Shown here in pieces: positions 38,581 to 51,054 of a stretch of 64,000 nucleotides of DNA. Numbering within the stretch: position 1 is the first letter of the stretch; each line of letters opens with the position of its first letter. Where the stretch lies: NCBI RefSeq assembly GCF_964355755.1, contig NC_092672.1:18489237-18553236 (forward strand), written 5' to 3'. The translations under genes were made by a program, and so were the position numbers. This DNA comes from Antedon mediterranea (Eukaryota; Animalia; Echinodermata). The notes beneath the pieces are model-generated. The model worked only from the letters and a program-made list of their open reading frames with translations, was not told where the DNA came from and ran no database searches.

Positions 38581-40437
38581 ATGATTTCGGCACGTTGTAA
38601 CCTGTTGGCGCTGCTAATTGTAGCCGTTAATGGAAATGTGTGTTACTTTCCTCACACATTTTCTTGCACAGAAGCTAATGAAGAACTACCGGACACGACT
38701 ATAGAAAGAGCATGTGTTTGTGTTCACGCTGATTGCATACCTAAATCTAACCCGTGTCCTTCTGTAAATAACATTAAATTTAAAGATTCAACATTTGAAT
38801 TTATATCCAAAAATTCATTTTCAAATTATAGCAGATTAAATTCTATTGATGTTCAAAGTGGTAGTATTAATTTCATACAGGAGATGGCCTTTGGGAATCA
38901 GCAGCATCTAAAGATGATTCGTATTACAGGCAATAAGATAAACGTGGAAACTGGGGCTTTTAATGGCTTGTCACATTTAGAGATTTTGCAGTTTCAACCA
39001 AATTTTATTTCCATATCAAGCAATCTATTTTCTGGAATTGGATCATCATTGCAGAATCTAGATTTGGGATCTGGAATAGTTATGAACATTCTTAATGATA
39101 CATTTGATGAATTTATAAATTTAAAATCATTATCAGTTGCAAATAACAAGTTAAAAACAATTAATAAACAATGGTTCATCAGATTAACTGAACTGACGGA
39201 ACTTAATCTTGCTGGAAATTACATCCTTTCAATTCCCAGCTCGGTCTTTAGTCATCAGACCAAACTGAAAGAGCTGTATGTGCCAGAAAATGACATTATC
39301 ATATTGGAGCAAGGATGTTTTGATGGATTGGATTTTTTGGATGAGCTTGTCTTATCTGGAAATAAAATCAGTGATATTGGAAATGTTTTAACAGGTTTTA
39401 AAAATCTCACTAAATTGGTTATAAATGACAATTTATTGCAAATGCTTAAAAAAGAAATGTTTGCTGAACTTGCATCACTTAAGTACCTATCACTGTCTGG
39501 AAACTCCATTGCAGAAATGACAATTCCATTACCCCTCCCTAACCTAGAAATTCTGGATTTAAGCAAAAATGTTTTGCAAAGTCTACAAAAATATAACTTT
39601 GAACATTTACAGACAATCACTAAAATTAATCTTGCTGATAACAAGATCAGCAAAATTGAAAATGGCACTTTCAGCAATCTAAGCACATTAGGGTATTTAT
39701 TTCTGGAGAACAACAAATTGGCAACATTTTCTTTATTTGATTTTGGAAATGACAACAAGCTGCAAAGTTTAAACCTACAAAACAACACTCTAACGTCGTT
39801 GAGTTTTAGTACGATTCTTATACCACAATCACTGATGTATTTGGAAATGCTATGGCTCGACAACAACAGATTGACAACATTTCCAAGTGTCATCTTTGAT
39901 TATGCACCAAGCCTTGCTATCCACCAGAACTCGCTCCAACTCACAAACAATCCTCTGAAATGCGACTGTAACATCAAGAGTCTGACAGAGTCCAGACGGA
40001 ACATTATTTTAGACTCAGACATACGTACTGAATGCCAAAACCCTGGATGTAGTGTTCCAACGACTATGTTTGCACATGGAGACATAACTGTACCAGTTGG
40101 TGATGATGTTAGCTTCATCTGCAAAGTAACTGGTCAACCCAATCCAATTGTATCTTGGACATTTAATAATGATATTATAATTGGTGGTTGGTATAATATC
40201 ATAACCGGAACGTCACAGATACATTTCACAAAATTATCTGCAATTAACTTTGGAAACTATACATGCACAGCTACGAATAATGTTGGAACCGCTAGTGTCA
40301 CGATGAACTTATTTGAAAGACCAGTAAAATATCAAGGAACTGGAAGTAATAATAATGCAGACAACAAAAGTTTCAGAATTAGTCCTTCAATATTACCTTT
40401 TGTAAACCTCATCCTTTTAGGATTTTTAACTTTTTAA
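38581..40437 (+). CDS. Secreted or GPI-anchored leucine-rich-repeat and Ig-domain (LIG-type) protein, 618 aa, single coding exon
   Basis: Hydrophobic signal peptide, Cys-rich N-cap, roughly 16-17 LxxLxLxxNxI repeats, LRRCT (NNPLKCDC), I-set Ig (FICKVTGQPNPIVSW...GNYTCTATNNVG) and a hydrophobic C-terminus ending at the stop. Splice acceptor ttttcattacag at 38570, candidate 5'UTR donor GTAAGT at 37496, AATAAA at 40571. Confidence 0.93.
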   Translation: MISARCNLLALLIVAVNGNVCYFPHTFSCTEANEELPDTTIERACVCVHADCIPKSNPCPSVNNIKFKDSTFEFISKNSFSNYSRLNSIDVQSGSINFIQEMAFGNQQHLKMIRITGNKINVETGAFNGLSHLEILQFQPNFISISSNLFSGIGSSLQNLDLGSGIVMNILNDTFDEFINLKSLSVANNKLKTINKQWFIRLTELTELNLAGNYILSIPSSVFSHQTKLKELYVPENDIIILEQGCFDGLDFLDELVLSGNKISDIGNVLTGFKNLTKLVINDNLLQMLKKEMFAELASLKYLSLSGNSIAEMTIPLPLPNLEILDLSKNVLQSLQKYNFEHLQTITKINLADNKISKIENGTFSNLSTLGYLFLENNKLATFSLFDFGNDNKLQSLNLQNNTLTSLSFSTILIPQSLMYLEMLWLDNNRLTTFPSVIFDYAPSLAIHQNSLQLTNNPLKCDCNIKSLTESRRNIILDSDIRTECQNPGCSVPTTMFAHGDITVPVGDDVSFICKVTGQPNPIVSWTFNNDIIIGGWYNIITGTSQIHFTKLSAINFGNYTCTATNNVGTASVTMNLFERPVKYQGTGSNNNADNKSFRISPSILPFVNLILLGFLTF

Positions 40438-41716
40438 TTAAATCATTTGTGGCAAAATTCTTCAAATTTTGATACCAAAGAATGATTTCAATGTAGATTG
40501 CGAAGTTCCTGTAATACGACACTGTGTTCAAAAATGTGTTTGTAGCATTTAACTTTGGAAAGGCTTTTTGAATAAAAATTATTTACAATTTTAGGTGGTT
40601 AAAACCATATTAATAAAAAAAAAATATTGCCAATATAAAATATATTTGTAATGATTTAATTTAACAATTTTGTATACAGAATTCCTGTCTTAGTGCTAGG
40701 GCCTATGATGGGCAATGATGGCACATTTAAATACTTTCAATTATACAATGCACTGTAGTAAGTGTAATCATGGTTTGAGTAGCCGTTTTTTACAATGTTG
40801 CTAATATTATTTGCACAATATGGCAGCACTCATGTAAATGAATACCACTTTCGAAATATTATTGATTTAAGTGAATTGCTAATATTCACATTAGTGCGAT
40901 AAGTGAACATAATACATAACTGAAACATGTACAGTATTCAAGTGTAATAATTATGAATATTAACATACAGTGATTTAATGTAGGCCTATTGTAAACAATC
41001 TAATATCAAATGAGAATATAATTTATCACAATTAAATTACAAATATTTGTTCTAGAAATAACTGGCCATCTATTCTTTATTGTTAAAATCAATGTGCAAT
41101 TCAAGTTTAAACGCAATTAGAACAAAATAGAAATAAAATGCATAATAATAGATTTTACTGTACAATGGTTTTAATATAAATCGTACTGATTACTGAAATT
41201 GGTAATTGGCTCCTCTCTCTTCTCCACCCTCATTCTTATGGGAAAACCCAATATGTGCATGCAATTTATTTTTAAATGACAATGAAAATGTTATTATTTA
41301 CAATACTGTTCAATTACAAAATATGACAAATGCATCAATGGAATTTAAACAGCCAAGATACAGTTAGAAACATGTTTCATCATCTGTTACACAGTATTCA
41401 AAATATTAATATTAACATTTCATCATATAATTTTCCATATCATTCCAAAATTCTTCAGTTTAATCCTGCATAATCTAATGATATACATAAATATTGCAAA
41501 CCTATGGCTTATAAAGAAAATATAGTTATTTTTATATTTGGAAAAGAATTATCCAATTTTTAGAGCAATACTGTATAATTGAGTACTATAGCTATGTAAT
41601 TGGCTGCTGTATACACCCCAAACCCTGCTAAAATGTTAATGAAATTCACTAGTAGCCTAATAACTGAAACATGTACTTGACTTATAGTCCCATTCCCTAT
41701 GTTTTTTAGATCAAAT

Positions 41717-41965
41717 TTAAGGTCACGCACTACATTTAATATAAAAATAAATACTATATGGTCCAATTGAGATAACTTGTTTTGTCTAAAAAATAAGTTG
41801 ATTCTAAAAATTTTAGCGGCCCGCTATAAATTCCAACATGCATTGCGTGCAGATTGATATTTCCGTTTTTCTTCTATAATTCACCAACTTTTCGTGAGGC
41901 AAAAACAATGAAGGACTTATTACTTTTCAGCGAAAATACCGGATTTCTCCCCAATTTGTATCAAC
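41717..41965 (+). mobile_element. Kolobok-like non-autonomous family, copy 2
   Basis: Starts TTAAGGTCAC; shares sequence with the 36570 and 49544 copies. Confidence 0.6.
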
Positions 41966-42496
41966 GGATTCTGGCAAAAAACGTGCCACTAGCCTAGGCC
42001 TATAGCTATTACCATACCAGTCATCAGTTTGAATATAAAAAATAATTTTAAAATAATGCCTTAAAAATAATAATGTTTAATATTGTTTCTGTTTTGAATT
42101 ACAATATTTTTGTAAATTATGAATGAGAATCAGTTTACTGAATTTTTTAATAAATAATTTAGTTATAAATAAAAAATATGTGAGGTACAAGTAATGCAAT
42201 TTATATAGCATTTGTTATCAATACATATTTCAGTCTGTAAATAATTGTATGTTCTCCTTTTATAACATTAGTGAGCTTACGAATCTGTAATTTTCTGCAA
42301 AATATTAATCTGCGCACGAGTATAAGCCCAGTATACTCTGTACCATTGTCATCTGGACTGTCTTTTGGTCCGATAGATAGAGCAAAGTTTATGACGTCAT
42401 CTTGAAATGTTCAATAAAAATAGTTGATTAGTATGTGGTTTGCCTACATTTTTCAATTTTAGTTATAAACATAACTAAAACATATTTTATGTATAT

Positions 42497-42568
42497 TATA
42501 GTATATAGTATATAGTATATAGTATATAGTATGTAGTATGTAGTATGTAGTATATAGTATGTAGTATG
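42497..42568. repeat. 7-bp microsatellite (TAGTATA/TAGTATG)n
   Basis: Direct reading of the sequence. Confidence 0.85.
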
Positions 42569-43332
42569 TGTAGACTGTGAATTCACTTTGATTCTTCTAG
42601 TTTCATTAAAAAAAAGCCCTCTTTTAAGGTTTTAATTGGGTGTCTTTAGTTCAACCTTTGAACATTGCTAACCAAAGACCTAGCCTGGCTAAATGCAACT
42701 GTTCAACACTTGTGGCTAAAAAAACATCACGCTCTATTATATACTCTGTTTACCGTCCCAATGCGAAAGTTCCCTAATAATGTATGGAGTACACTGTACA
42801 TAATGAGGATAAGAAAAAAAAAACATTTGATATGCAAATAGTAATTGATATTGTGAGACATAATAGATTTTTAATTAAATTTCTCAGTGCTTTGCTAAAA
42901 TGATGTGCTGTTAAAACTGAATTTATGTTTAAATTTAAAATAAATTTTGTGTTATTAAAATTATTATAGCATTAAATCCTGTATTCATGATTTGTATTAG
43001 ATGCTGTGTTAATCCTTGACCAATAAAACCTGTTCTTATAAAGTTATTACATACTACTGTATAGTTTAGGAAGGCTTCCATTGGATTTGTAAAAGCTGTT
43101 GTGAATTAAATATGTACATCATTGCAAACCCAGTTTTCTTTGAAAATCAGTTGTGTCCTTGGTTAAACTCCTGTCTCTCCCAATGAGCCTGTTTCTGCTT
43201 CAATAATTGTGGTTGGTTGTTAATGTTGTTAACTTACGCAAATTCAATGTGATCAGGCAGTCAAACTAGAACAGCTGTCAATCAAATAACCATTATTTTG
43301 CATTGCAAACTAAAAGTTACACATGGATAACC

Positions 43333-43776
43333 CGTTAAATGGCGTTCTAACCCCACTCGTTAAATGGCGTTCTAACCCCACTCGTTAAATGGCGTTCTAA
43401 CCCCACTCGTTAAATGGCGTTCTAACCCCACTCGTTAAATGGCGTTCTAACCCCACTCGTTAAATGGCGTTCTAACCCCACACGTTAAATGGCGTTCTAA
43501 CCCCACACGTTAAATGGCGTTCTAACCCCACACGTTAAATGGCGTTCTAACCCCACTCGTTAAATGGCGTTCTAACCCCACTCGTTAAATGGCGTTCTAA
43601 CCCCACTCGTTAAATGGCGTTCTAACCCCACACGTTAAATGGCGTTCTAACCCCACACGTTAAATGGCGTTCTAACCCCACACGTTAAATGCCGTTCTAA
43701 CCCCACTCGTTAAATGCCGTTCTAACCCCACTCGTTAAATGCTGTTCTAACCCCACTCGTTAAATGGCGTTCTAAC
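43333..43776. repeat. 25-bp minisatellite, ~17.7 copies, followed by a 34-bp tandem duplication (43777-43844)
   Basis: Unit CGTTAAATGGCGTTCTAACCCCAC(T/A). Confidence 0.96.
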
Positions 43777-44344
43777 TCGTTTCAACCTTTATTTTCACAC
43801 TGATTGAACATCGTTTCAACCTTTATTTTCACACTGATTGAACATTTGTCCTGTTTCTGCTGCCAAGAAATTGGGGTTAATTTATTCACAAGCTGGTTAT
43901 TATTTTGTTATGATAACTAAGGGTAAAACTATATTTAACTGACTTAATTGCAGGATGTAAACAGCATAATGGGCATCTTATAACCTTTCTGTTCAATCAT
44001 TCAATAATGAATTGGAATAATAATGCAATACTCCACAGCCAGTTTCCATGACAATTTATGATGTGGCATAATAAAAATATTATAATTATTTCTAACAAAA
44101 TGATTATGCATAGTCATACAACAATACTCAAAAGTTTATGAATGATCTACCACATAAACACAGACAGTTTGATTGTTCTATAAAATGTAACCAAACAAAA
44201 TGCAGTATATTATTTAGCATACATTTCTGGCATTATAATCTAAATAATCTATATATAAATTTACATAAGAGCAAAATTTGGTAAATCGCACGTTACTTCT
44301 AGAATGTTTACTCGATGGTATATAAAGTTGGTCAATCTTTCGGT

Positions 44345-44877
44345 ATTGATTTTAACCACCTAATGTAACCCTGTTTACTAATTAAATTGAGTTAGATAAT
44401 TAGTTATTGACAATTAAATCGAATTTAACTTCAACTGAAAAGCGGTTGAACAGCTCGAGTACCGCATCATAATGTTGAAAATACTATTTTGATAGATTTA
44501 TATAAATATACTTTATTACTGCGAGTGTGGGTAGGCCCTACTGTTTTTACTTATTTATTTTATTTTTAACTTAAACTTAAAACCAGATTAAAAACACATA
44601 ATATACAAATAAACTTTATTACTGACCATTGCTTCTCAAGGTTTGTATTAATTAATAATTACAAAAAATATAAATGTCGTAGTGGTGTATCGTTACTATT
44701 TTTAATCGACTATGACAGTGAACAGTTTTAACAAAGTATTAAATCGCAAATGTTTTACTGTATTTAGTGGGATATTATTCATAGGCCTATAAAACATGAA
44801 CACATTTTTTGTTACTGAGTGGATAAAGAATATATTTAAAAATTGTTCCTCTTTGTACTCATCCTCTTCCCCATCCC
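44345..44877. repeat. Inverted copy of part of the 34130-35200 element
   Basis: GATTTTAACCACCT...TAATTAAATTGAGTTAGATAATTAGTTATTGACAATTAAA and GAGTGGATAAAGAATATATTTAAAAATTGTTCCTCTTTGTAC match 35155-34455 reversed. Confidence 0.8.
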
Positions 44878-47499
44878 TCGAGAATTATATTTGCCTCAGC
44901 TAGCACTTTGGCAAAATATCATTCCCCCGGGGATGTCAAATCTTATATTTTACCTCTAAAGCCTGTTTTCCTGTCGACGTTAGTCGACGCTATCATCGTT
45001 AATCGTTAAAAGTTCAACGACGATCGTTAGAAAACGATCAAGTTGAAATGTTAACGATAGCGCGAACATTTGATTTCTAGCGTTGAACGTTAGAGTTGAA
45101 ACTCCGGTCTTCTTTCTCGACGTCATCGTAACGCGCAAAAATGAATAGAGGACTCCCCTGCCTCTAGCAGTAGGCTCACAGTGTAGGACACGTGGGCCTA
45201 GGCATACTAATATCTCTATACTGATGGTTCTTCGTTTTCAGTAGACCTATCCTAGTCCAAATAGCATTTTGGACTAGGCTGAAGACTTTGACCTACCTAA
45301 TATCCCCGCGCCTACTTTCGGAACATCATTTTATAGTAACTTGGTAAGGCTAGGCCTAGCTTTGACCGCGCCGCGATGCAACAAAAATAAATGTAGTCAG
45401 CAGAATTTGCCATCAATTATGTGACGTCATGTGCTGTATCGCCATGATGATTGGTCAGTTCTTGCGTTTTAGCGTTGCAATATCGCTAGAGTTGAACTGG
45501 ATTCAACTCTTGCGCAGGCAATATCTGTATTAGTTATGGAAAATAATTACTAAGAGCACATTTAGAGTGTCAGTATACTCAGATTATTGTCTACAATACA
45601 GTATAGAAACCTCTATTTATCGAAAGACATAAATTAAAAGGTATGTGCTAAAGACGATTGCAGAGGAATCACTGCCAAGTAGCAATATTTATTTCAACTT
45701 AGTTTCAATTTCTAGGTTATACACATAATTAGGTAAGTTGATTAGTGACTTATAGACTCTTATAAACACTTAAAACTCGTAAAGTGTGGATATAAAAATA
45801 AAAGTATTTTCCAACCAGTCTAAACTTCTGTGCTGTGAAGTGAAGCCAAAATTGCAAGTGCAGCTACGGCGATATGACACTGTGTTACAGAATAGAAAAT
45901 TTGTGAAATGGTCTATCTTCCGACGACTTGTTATCATTACCCTTATCAATTACTTTTGTAAAATTATGCTTATCTGATGTATATTTAGTCGTTTTTCCCA
46001 TTTATCAAGTCAATATTTAATAAAATGCATCAAAACAGTGAAAAATTAAATAAGTTTTTACTTTATGTTTGCTGATTTTCGCACCGACTTAGGGAAAAGC
46101 CTTCAAAATCAATGAAGCGTAACGTATACAGTACATTCCTGCTGAGCGAGCAGACGACGATACACATGCTCTCTCTGATGCCCATGCCTGGCATCGTCAC
46201 GTGATAAGCAGATACAGTATACAATACCAAACTGGTCGGGTCGAGTAAACCCCGTCTATAATCACAACAATCGTCTAGTATGCTAGCTAGGCCCGTAGCT
46301 ATCGTGGCATGGAATCCCTAGTCAGATTGGCTCTCAACCATAACAAAAATGATTTAGGCTAGTGTAGTATGTGAAGCCGATAATACGATCTGCACTATAG
46401 GGGTATAAAAATAGTATAATTTATGACTCCATGATCTGTACTAAATTTTGTATTTCATTAAATGTCAAATATAATTATGCTACTGTTATTATTACAGTTT
46501 AGGCCTAGCTTAGCAAATCTACAAAAAATGTATTTCACAATGATCGGGTGGTCATCGTTTGACAGGGGAGAAAGATGTAAATTAGTTGACAAACACAATT
46601 CGTACATGTATATGACGTCGCGAGTTTGGAATCCAGTGATGACGCATGAATATTAATGAGCTTTCCTAAGCTGCTGAAAAACAGACCCTACCCTAAAATG
46701 TATATGAAATTTAATTTTTTTAATTTCTTGTTATAACTTCTTCATTCTGACATGTCTATATTGTTATAATATTTGTTATTTAATACATAAACAATATTTA
46801 AAAGTAATTTTAAATCTAGAATCCCCCTTTAATATAGCAGAAACTGTTTTGCTGCCCTCTATATATGTAACAGCTTTTTTTCTACAGTAGACCAAACCAA
46901 ACATCTGCTGGAAATTGTCAGTGAACATCAACTAAGCTGTTTCTTTGTCCTCTCATCATCTTGACAACATATGATGTTGCCAGGGTAACCCCACGTGTCC
47001 TGAATGCTGCCACGCTAATTAAATAACAAGATAAGGAGTCAATTTCCATGTAGGCACCAGACAAATATTCTTCTCCAAACATGTTATGTAAATGGAGGAC
47101 ATAATTTATATTGCACCCTTGCGATTAAGACAATATGATAATACCGAAACTAAACAAAATTATGCAAAACACCTGGAGATGTGGATATTGGTAAAGAGAG
47201 AGAAATTTAGCCAGTGATAACTCAGCTGCTTTAAAAGCACTTTTCCTTTAAGATGAATTAATTTAAGATTCTGATTTTCATTTAGCTGAATGTTAATCAA
47301 GATGCATACTGATGATATGCCAAAGCAAATTACTACAGCTTAACACATGACTTTGAATAATTAGATTATCTATTGGGTAAAAAATCATATCAGATAACTG
47401 GTTTTTTAACATGGTTTATACACCAACAAAATAATAATGAGCAGAGTACATTCCATGTTTAAAACATATCATTACTAGACTTATGTGCTTATTTCCATA

Positions 47500-47620
47500 A
47501 AGTAATAATAATAACAAATAGTAATAATAATAATAATGAATAGTAATAATAATAATAATGAATAGTAATATTAATAATAATAATAATAAATAGTAATAAT
47601 AATAATAATGAATAGTAATA
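47500..47620. repeat. Degenerate (TAA)n microsatellite
   Basis: Direct reading of the sequence. Confidence 0.85.
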
Positions 47621-47623
47621 TGC

Positions 47624-48319
47624 GCCAGGATCAATGCTCATGGCGCATCAGCCAGGATCAATGCTCATGGCGCATGAGCCAGGATCAATGCTCATGGCGC
47701 ATGAGCCAGGATCAATGCTCATGGCGCATGAGCCAGGATCAATGCTCATGGCGCATGAGCCAGGATCAATGCTCATGGCGCATCAGCCAGGATCAATGCT
47801 CATGGCGCATGAGCCAGGATCAATGCTCATGGCGCATCAGCCAGGATCAATGCTCATGGCGCATGAGCCAGGATCAATGCTCATGGCGCATGAGCCAGGA
47901 TCAATGCTCATGGCGCATCAGCCAGGATCAATGCTCATGGCGCATCAGCCAGGATCAATGCTCATGGCGCATCAGCCAGGATCAATGCTCATGGCGCATC
48001 AGCCAGGATCAATGCTCATGGCGCATCAGCCAGGATCAATGCTCATGGCGCATCAGCCAGGATCAATGCTCATGGCGCATGAGCCAGGATCAATGCTCAT
48101 GGCGCATCAGCCAGGATCAATGCTCATGGCGCATCAGCCAGGATCAATGCTCATGGCGCATCAGCCAGGATCAATGCTCATGGCGCATCAGCCAGGATCA
48201 ATGCTCATGGCGCATCAGCCAGGATCAATGCTCATGGCGCATCAGCCAGGATCAATGCTCATGGCGCATCAGCCAGGATCAATGCTCATGGCGCATCAGC
48301 CAGGATCAATGCTCATGGC
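47624..48319. repeat. 27-bp GC-richer minisatellite, ~26 copies, with an internal hairpin
   Basis: Unit GCCAGGATCAATGCTCATGGCGCAT(C/G)A. Confidence 0.97.
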
Positions 48320-48529
48320 ACAACAATGCAATGAGTAAAAGTAAAAAGGCCTAATAATGAATTTGCATGAATAACATTCGAAAGTTGGTTCCAATGAAAT
48401 GGAGCAGTAAAACTAAATGTTACTGATTTTTATTTAGCACACAAAACAAAATAAATTCCCATTAAATCTATATTTAAAAAATCACACAGGTTATTTATAT
48501 TTTTATTATCAAACTGATAATACTGATTT

Positions 48530-48730
48530 TGAGATCGTCAGTTCGACTCCAATGCTTTGTAACCTTATTATGACATCTTGATGTTTACCAATATCCACCC
48601 AGGTGTACAAATGGGTACCTGATAAGATAAACTGCGCTGATTACTAGCTGCTTTTTATTAAATAATTGACTGGGGTTAATGTTTGTACAGTGCTTAGAGA
48701 TTTCACATTAGCCACTTAGGATAATATATT
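48530..48730 (+). mobile_element. tRNA-SINE relic
   Basis: B-box GTTCGACTCC, core-like CCACCCAGGTGTACAAATGGGTACC and L2-like tail TGTACAGTGCTTAGAG. Confidence 0.55.
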
Positions 48731-49543
48731 ATTATGAACGGAAATAATACCATAAAAAGAATCATAAATTTAATTTATTTTCATATTCTAACAAATTCCA
48801 TCCCAACCCAAACCCTTATTGTTTATGACCAACACAAGTGAGTCAGTGTACTATAGAAACTGAACTTAAATCAAACTGGCAAGAAGCATGTGATAGAGAA
48901 GTTGCCTTAGGCTGTTTTGTGTATTTATCATGAATCTTAAGCTGCACATCCATCTGGATATCTTGTAATGTGGAAGCTGATAAAATAAAAACAAACAAAA
49001 CAATAAATTCTTGTAGCTTCCTTCTAAATAAACATTCTTTAAAGATTTTGAATTTCTTTAGTTTACTTTTATGGTCTCAGAATTCATTGAATATTTTACT
49101 TTTTCATTTAACTAATAATACTAGCAGGTAATCAGCCAATGGGCATCATGATAAAGGAAAGAGCCATTCCCTAAAGCTTTTTAGATCTAATTTAAAGATG
49201 TATTGTCCCTCAAAAACATGAAAAATGAAGATTAATTAAATCAGACTTTGAATATGTTATTTTGTAGTTTTAATAAAGTTAATTACTTCAATAGAAAAAA
49301 CACAAAAAAAAAAAAACTGTTTTCACTTATAAAATGACAAAATAAATGTTAAAATTCAACCAAAAATCCATTGGCTGGCAGCCAATTATACCATTTTTTG
49401 CTTTAAATTACATTTTTTTCAGGTAAATACATTTTTTTTCGATCCAATTTTTGGTCAAAGTGGATAACTATTATGTTACATTAAAATGGAATGTTAAAAA
49501 AAAAATGTTTAAAGAATTATTTTTTCAGGGGGAAAATACATCT

Positions 49544-49692
49544 TTAAGGTCACAAACTACATTAATATAATAAATAAATACTATATGGTCCTATTGAGAT
49601 TTTCGTCTTTAAATGGTTAAAAATGTGAAAAATAAGGTGATTCTAATAATTTTACTATAAATCCCAACATGCATTGCGCGCGGATTGATATT
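49544..49692 (+). mobile_element. Kolobok-like non-autonomous family, copy 3 (truncated)
   Basis: Starts TTAAGGTCAC, matches the 41717 copy and breaks off at GATATTT/GAGGCCTGG. Confidence 0.6.
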
Positions 49693-51054
49693 TGAGGCCT
49701 GGCATCACAAAAGCGGTGCAGTCGCAACCCAAACTTTTGAGATATTTAGCCTTGAAGTATGTGTATTTTGCAATCATTTAAGTCGTTTCCATTGAAAATC
49801 ATTAGGAAATTGTATTTTTGTTCACTCAAAATCAACTTTCTTTACGGCGCTTTTGTAAACAAACCGCTAAACCGAATCACGTCATGTTTGGTACCTATGT
49901 GTTCAAAATTATATCAGCTACCATAATTCTACCTAAAAGATTTTTTTTAATCTAGCCAAAGGAAATTGGTTTTTATTAAGGTGTTAGGTTGATGAAATTT
50001 CTAACAAGAATTTGTGACTGTGATTGGCTATAGAAATAAATTACGCTCTCTGATTGGCTGACGCTTTGTTTACGATGAAAAAGCATAGCTTCCATCGTAG
50101 TTTCTCGAATGAATGTTTCAACATTTTGTGAATATTTACGAAGTCAATCGTTATTTTTATCCATATATTTTTTTTTAATTAAAAAATTAAAAAATATATA
50201 TAATATTATGTACCACACAGTGATATATTTTCGACTAGTTTTCCGTTATTGAAAAGAAAATAGCGAGTTTTGACAGAGAGGTCTTGTCACGTTGATTGGC
50301 GAGCTAGGCTTGGCCAGGCGAAGCTAATCATATTTTTTCGGTTACAATAATGATTGATTGTATTGTTTTTTTTGTGAAGATGTTATGTGTATTAAAAAAT
50401 AAATATCATAATGATAATCACACGGAATTAATTGACAATCCTAACCTACTGTACATTTGATGTTAAAATGAATCTTCTTGTTTCATAGACGATTGATTAA
50501 AACCCCCTTAGCACCCTAACCATGGTTTGCTATTTAATTTACATTGAAGTGTAATTCTTTTTTTGTTGTTGCAAACTATGGTTGTGTTTTCACTAGGGAG
50601 TAAACTGTTTCTTAAAACTCAAATCAAATTGAAGCCAAGATACTAGGATTTACATTTCCACAAGTTATGTCCAATTTCTACTGATTGCTGGTGCCACATA
50701 TACTGTGTCAATCACTACAGCTGACAGTTGTTTACACAGGTGATCAACCAAGCAGGTAAATACTGTTTGCCTGTAACACTCTACCTTATTTATTCAATCA
50801 CTCTACTGCCCTCTTTATATGGCTATCACAACAATAACAGCGTAAACTCCTACAACACAAAATAAACATGTGCGTGTGTATGGCACGTGTATCCCTTCAG
50901 GTAGGCCCAGAATTAACTCATACAATTTCAAAGCATGGTCATGATGGCAAGAAAGGTGACAGATCAAATAGTTTTAGTAGGCTGGGAATAAGATGAAAAA
51001 AATTATTTATAGTATGAAGGTCATTAAAAATAATGATTTACTTCATTCAACTAT

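Noticed and set aside
39255-40124. Antisense ORFs over the LRR-Ig gene
   Set aside because: Shadow frames of the real plus-strand CDS.
43333-43776. Telomere-like repeat (CTAACCCC within the unit)
   Set aside because: Only one TAACCC-like word per 25-bp unit; not a (TTAGGG)n tract.
46927-47014. Possible minus-strand exon RGSIQDTWGYPGNIICCQDDERTKKQLS*
   Set aside because: Only a vague resemblance to an ARM helix; ends in a stop with no donor.
47608-48354. QDQCSW repeat ORF, superficially like an ARM 'QxxWALGN' motif
   Set aside because: It is a 27-bp tandem repeat on the strand opposite the ARM gene, with no splice context.
48843-48976. Possible minus-strand exon after a good acceptor (STLQDIQMDVQLKIHDK...)
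   Set aside because: No convincing ARM/TMCO6 similarity, and it runs into a stop without a clear donor; cannot be supported.
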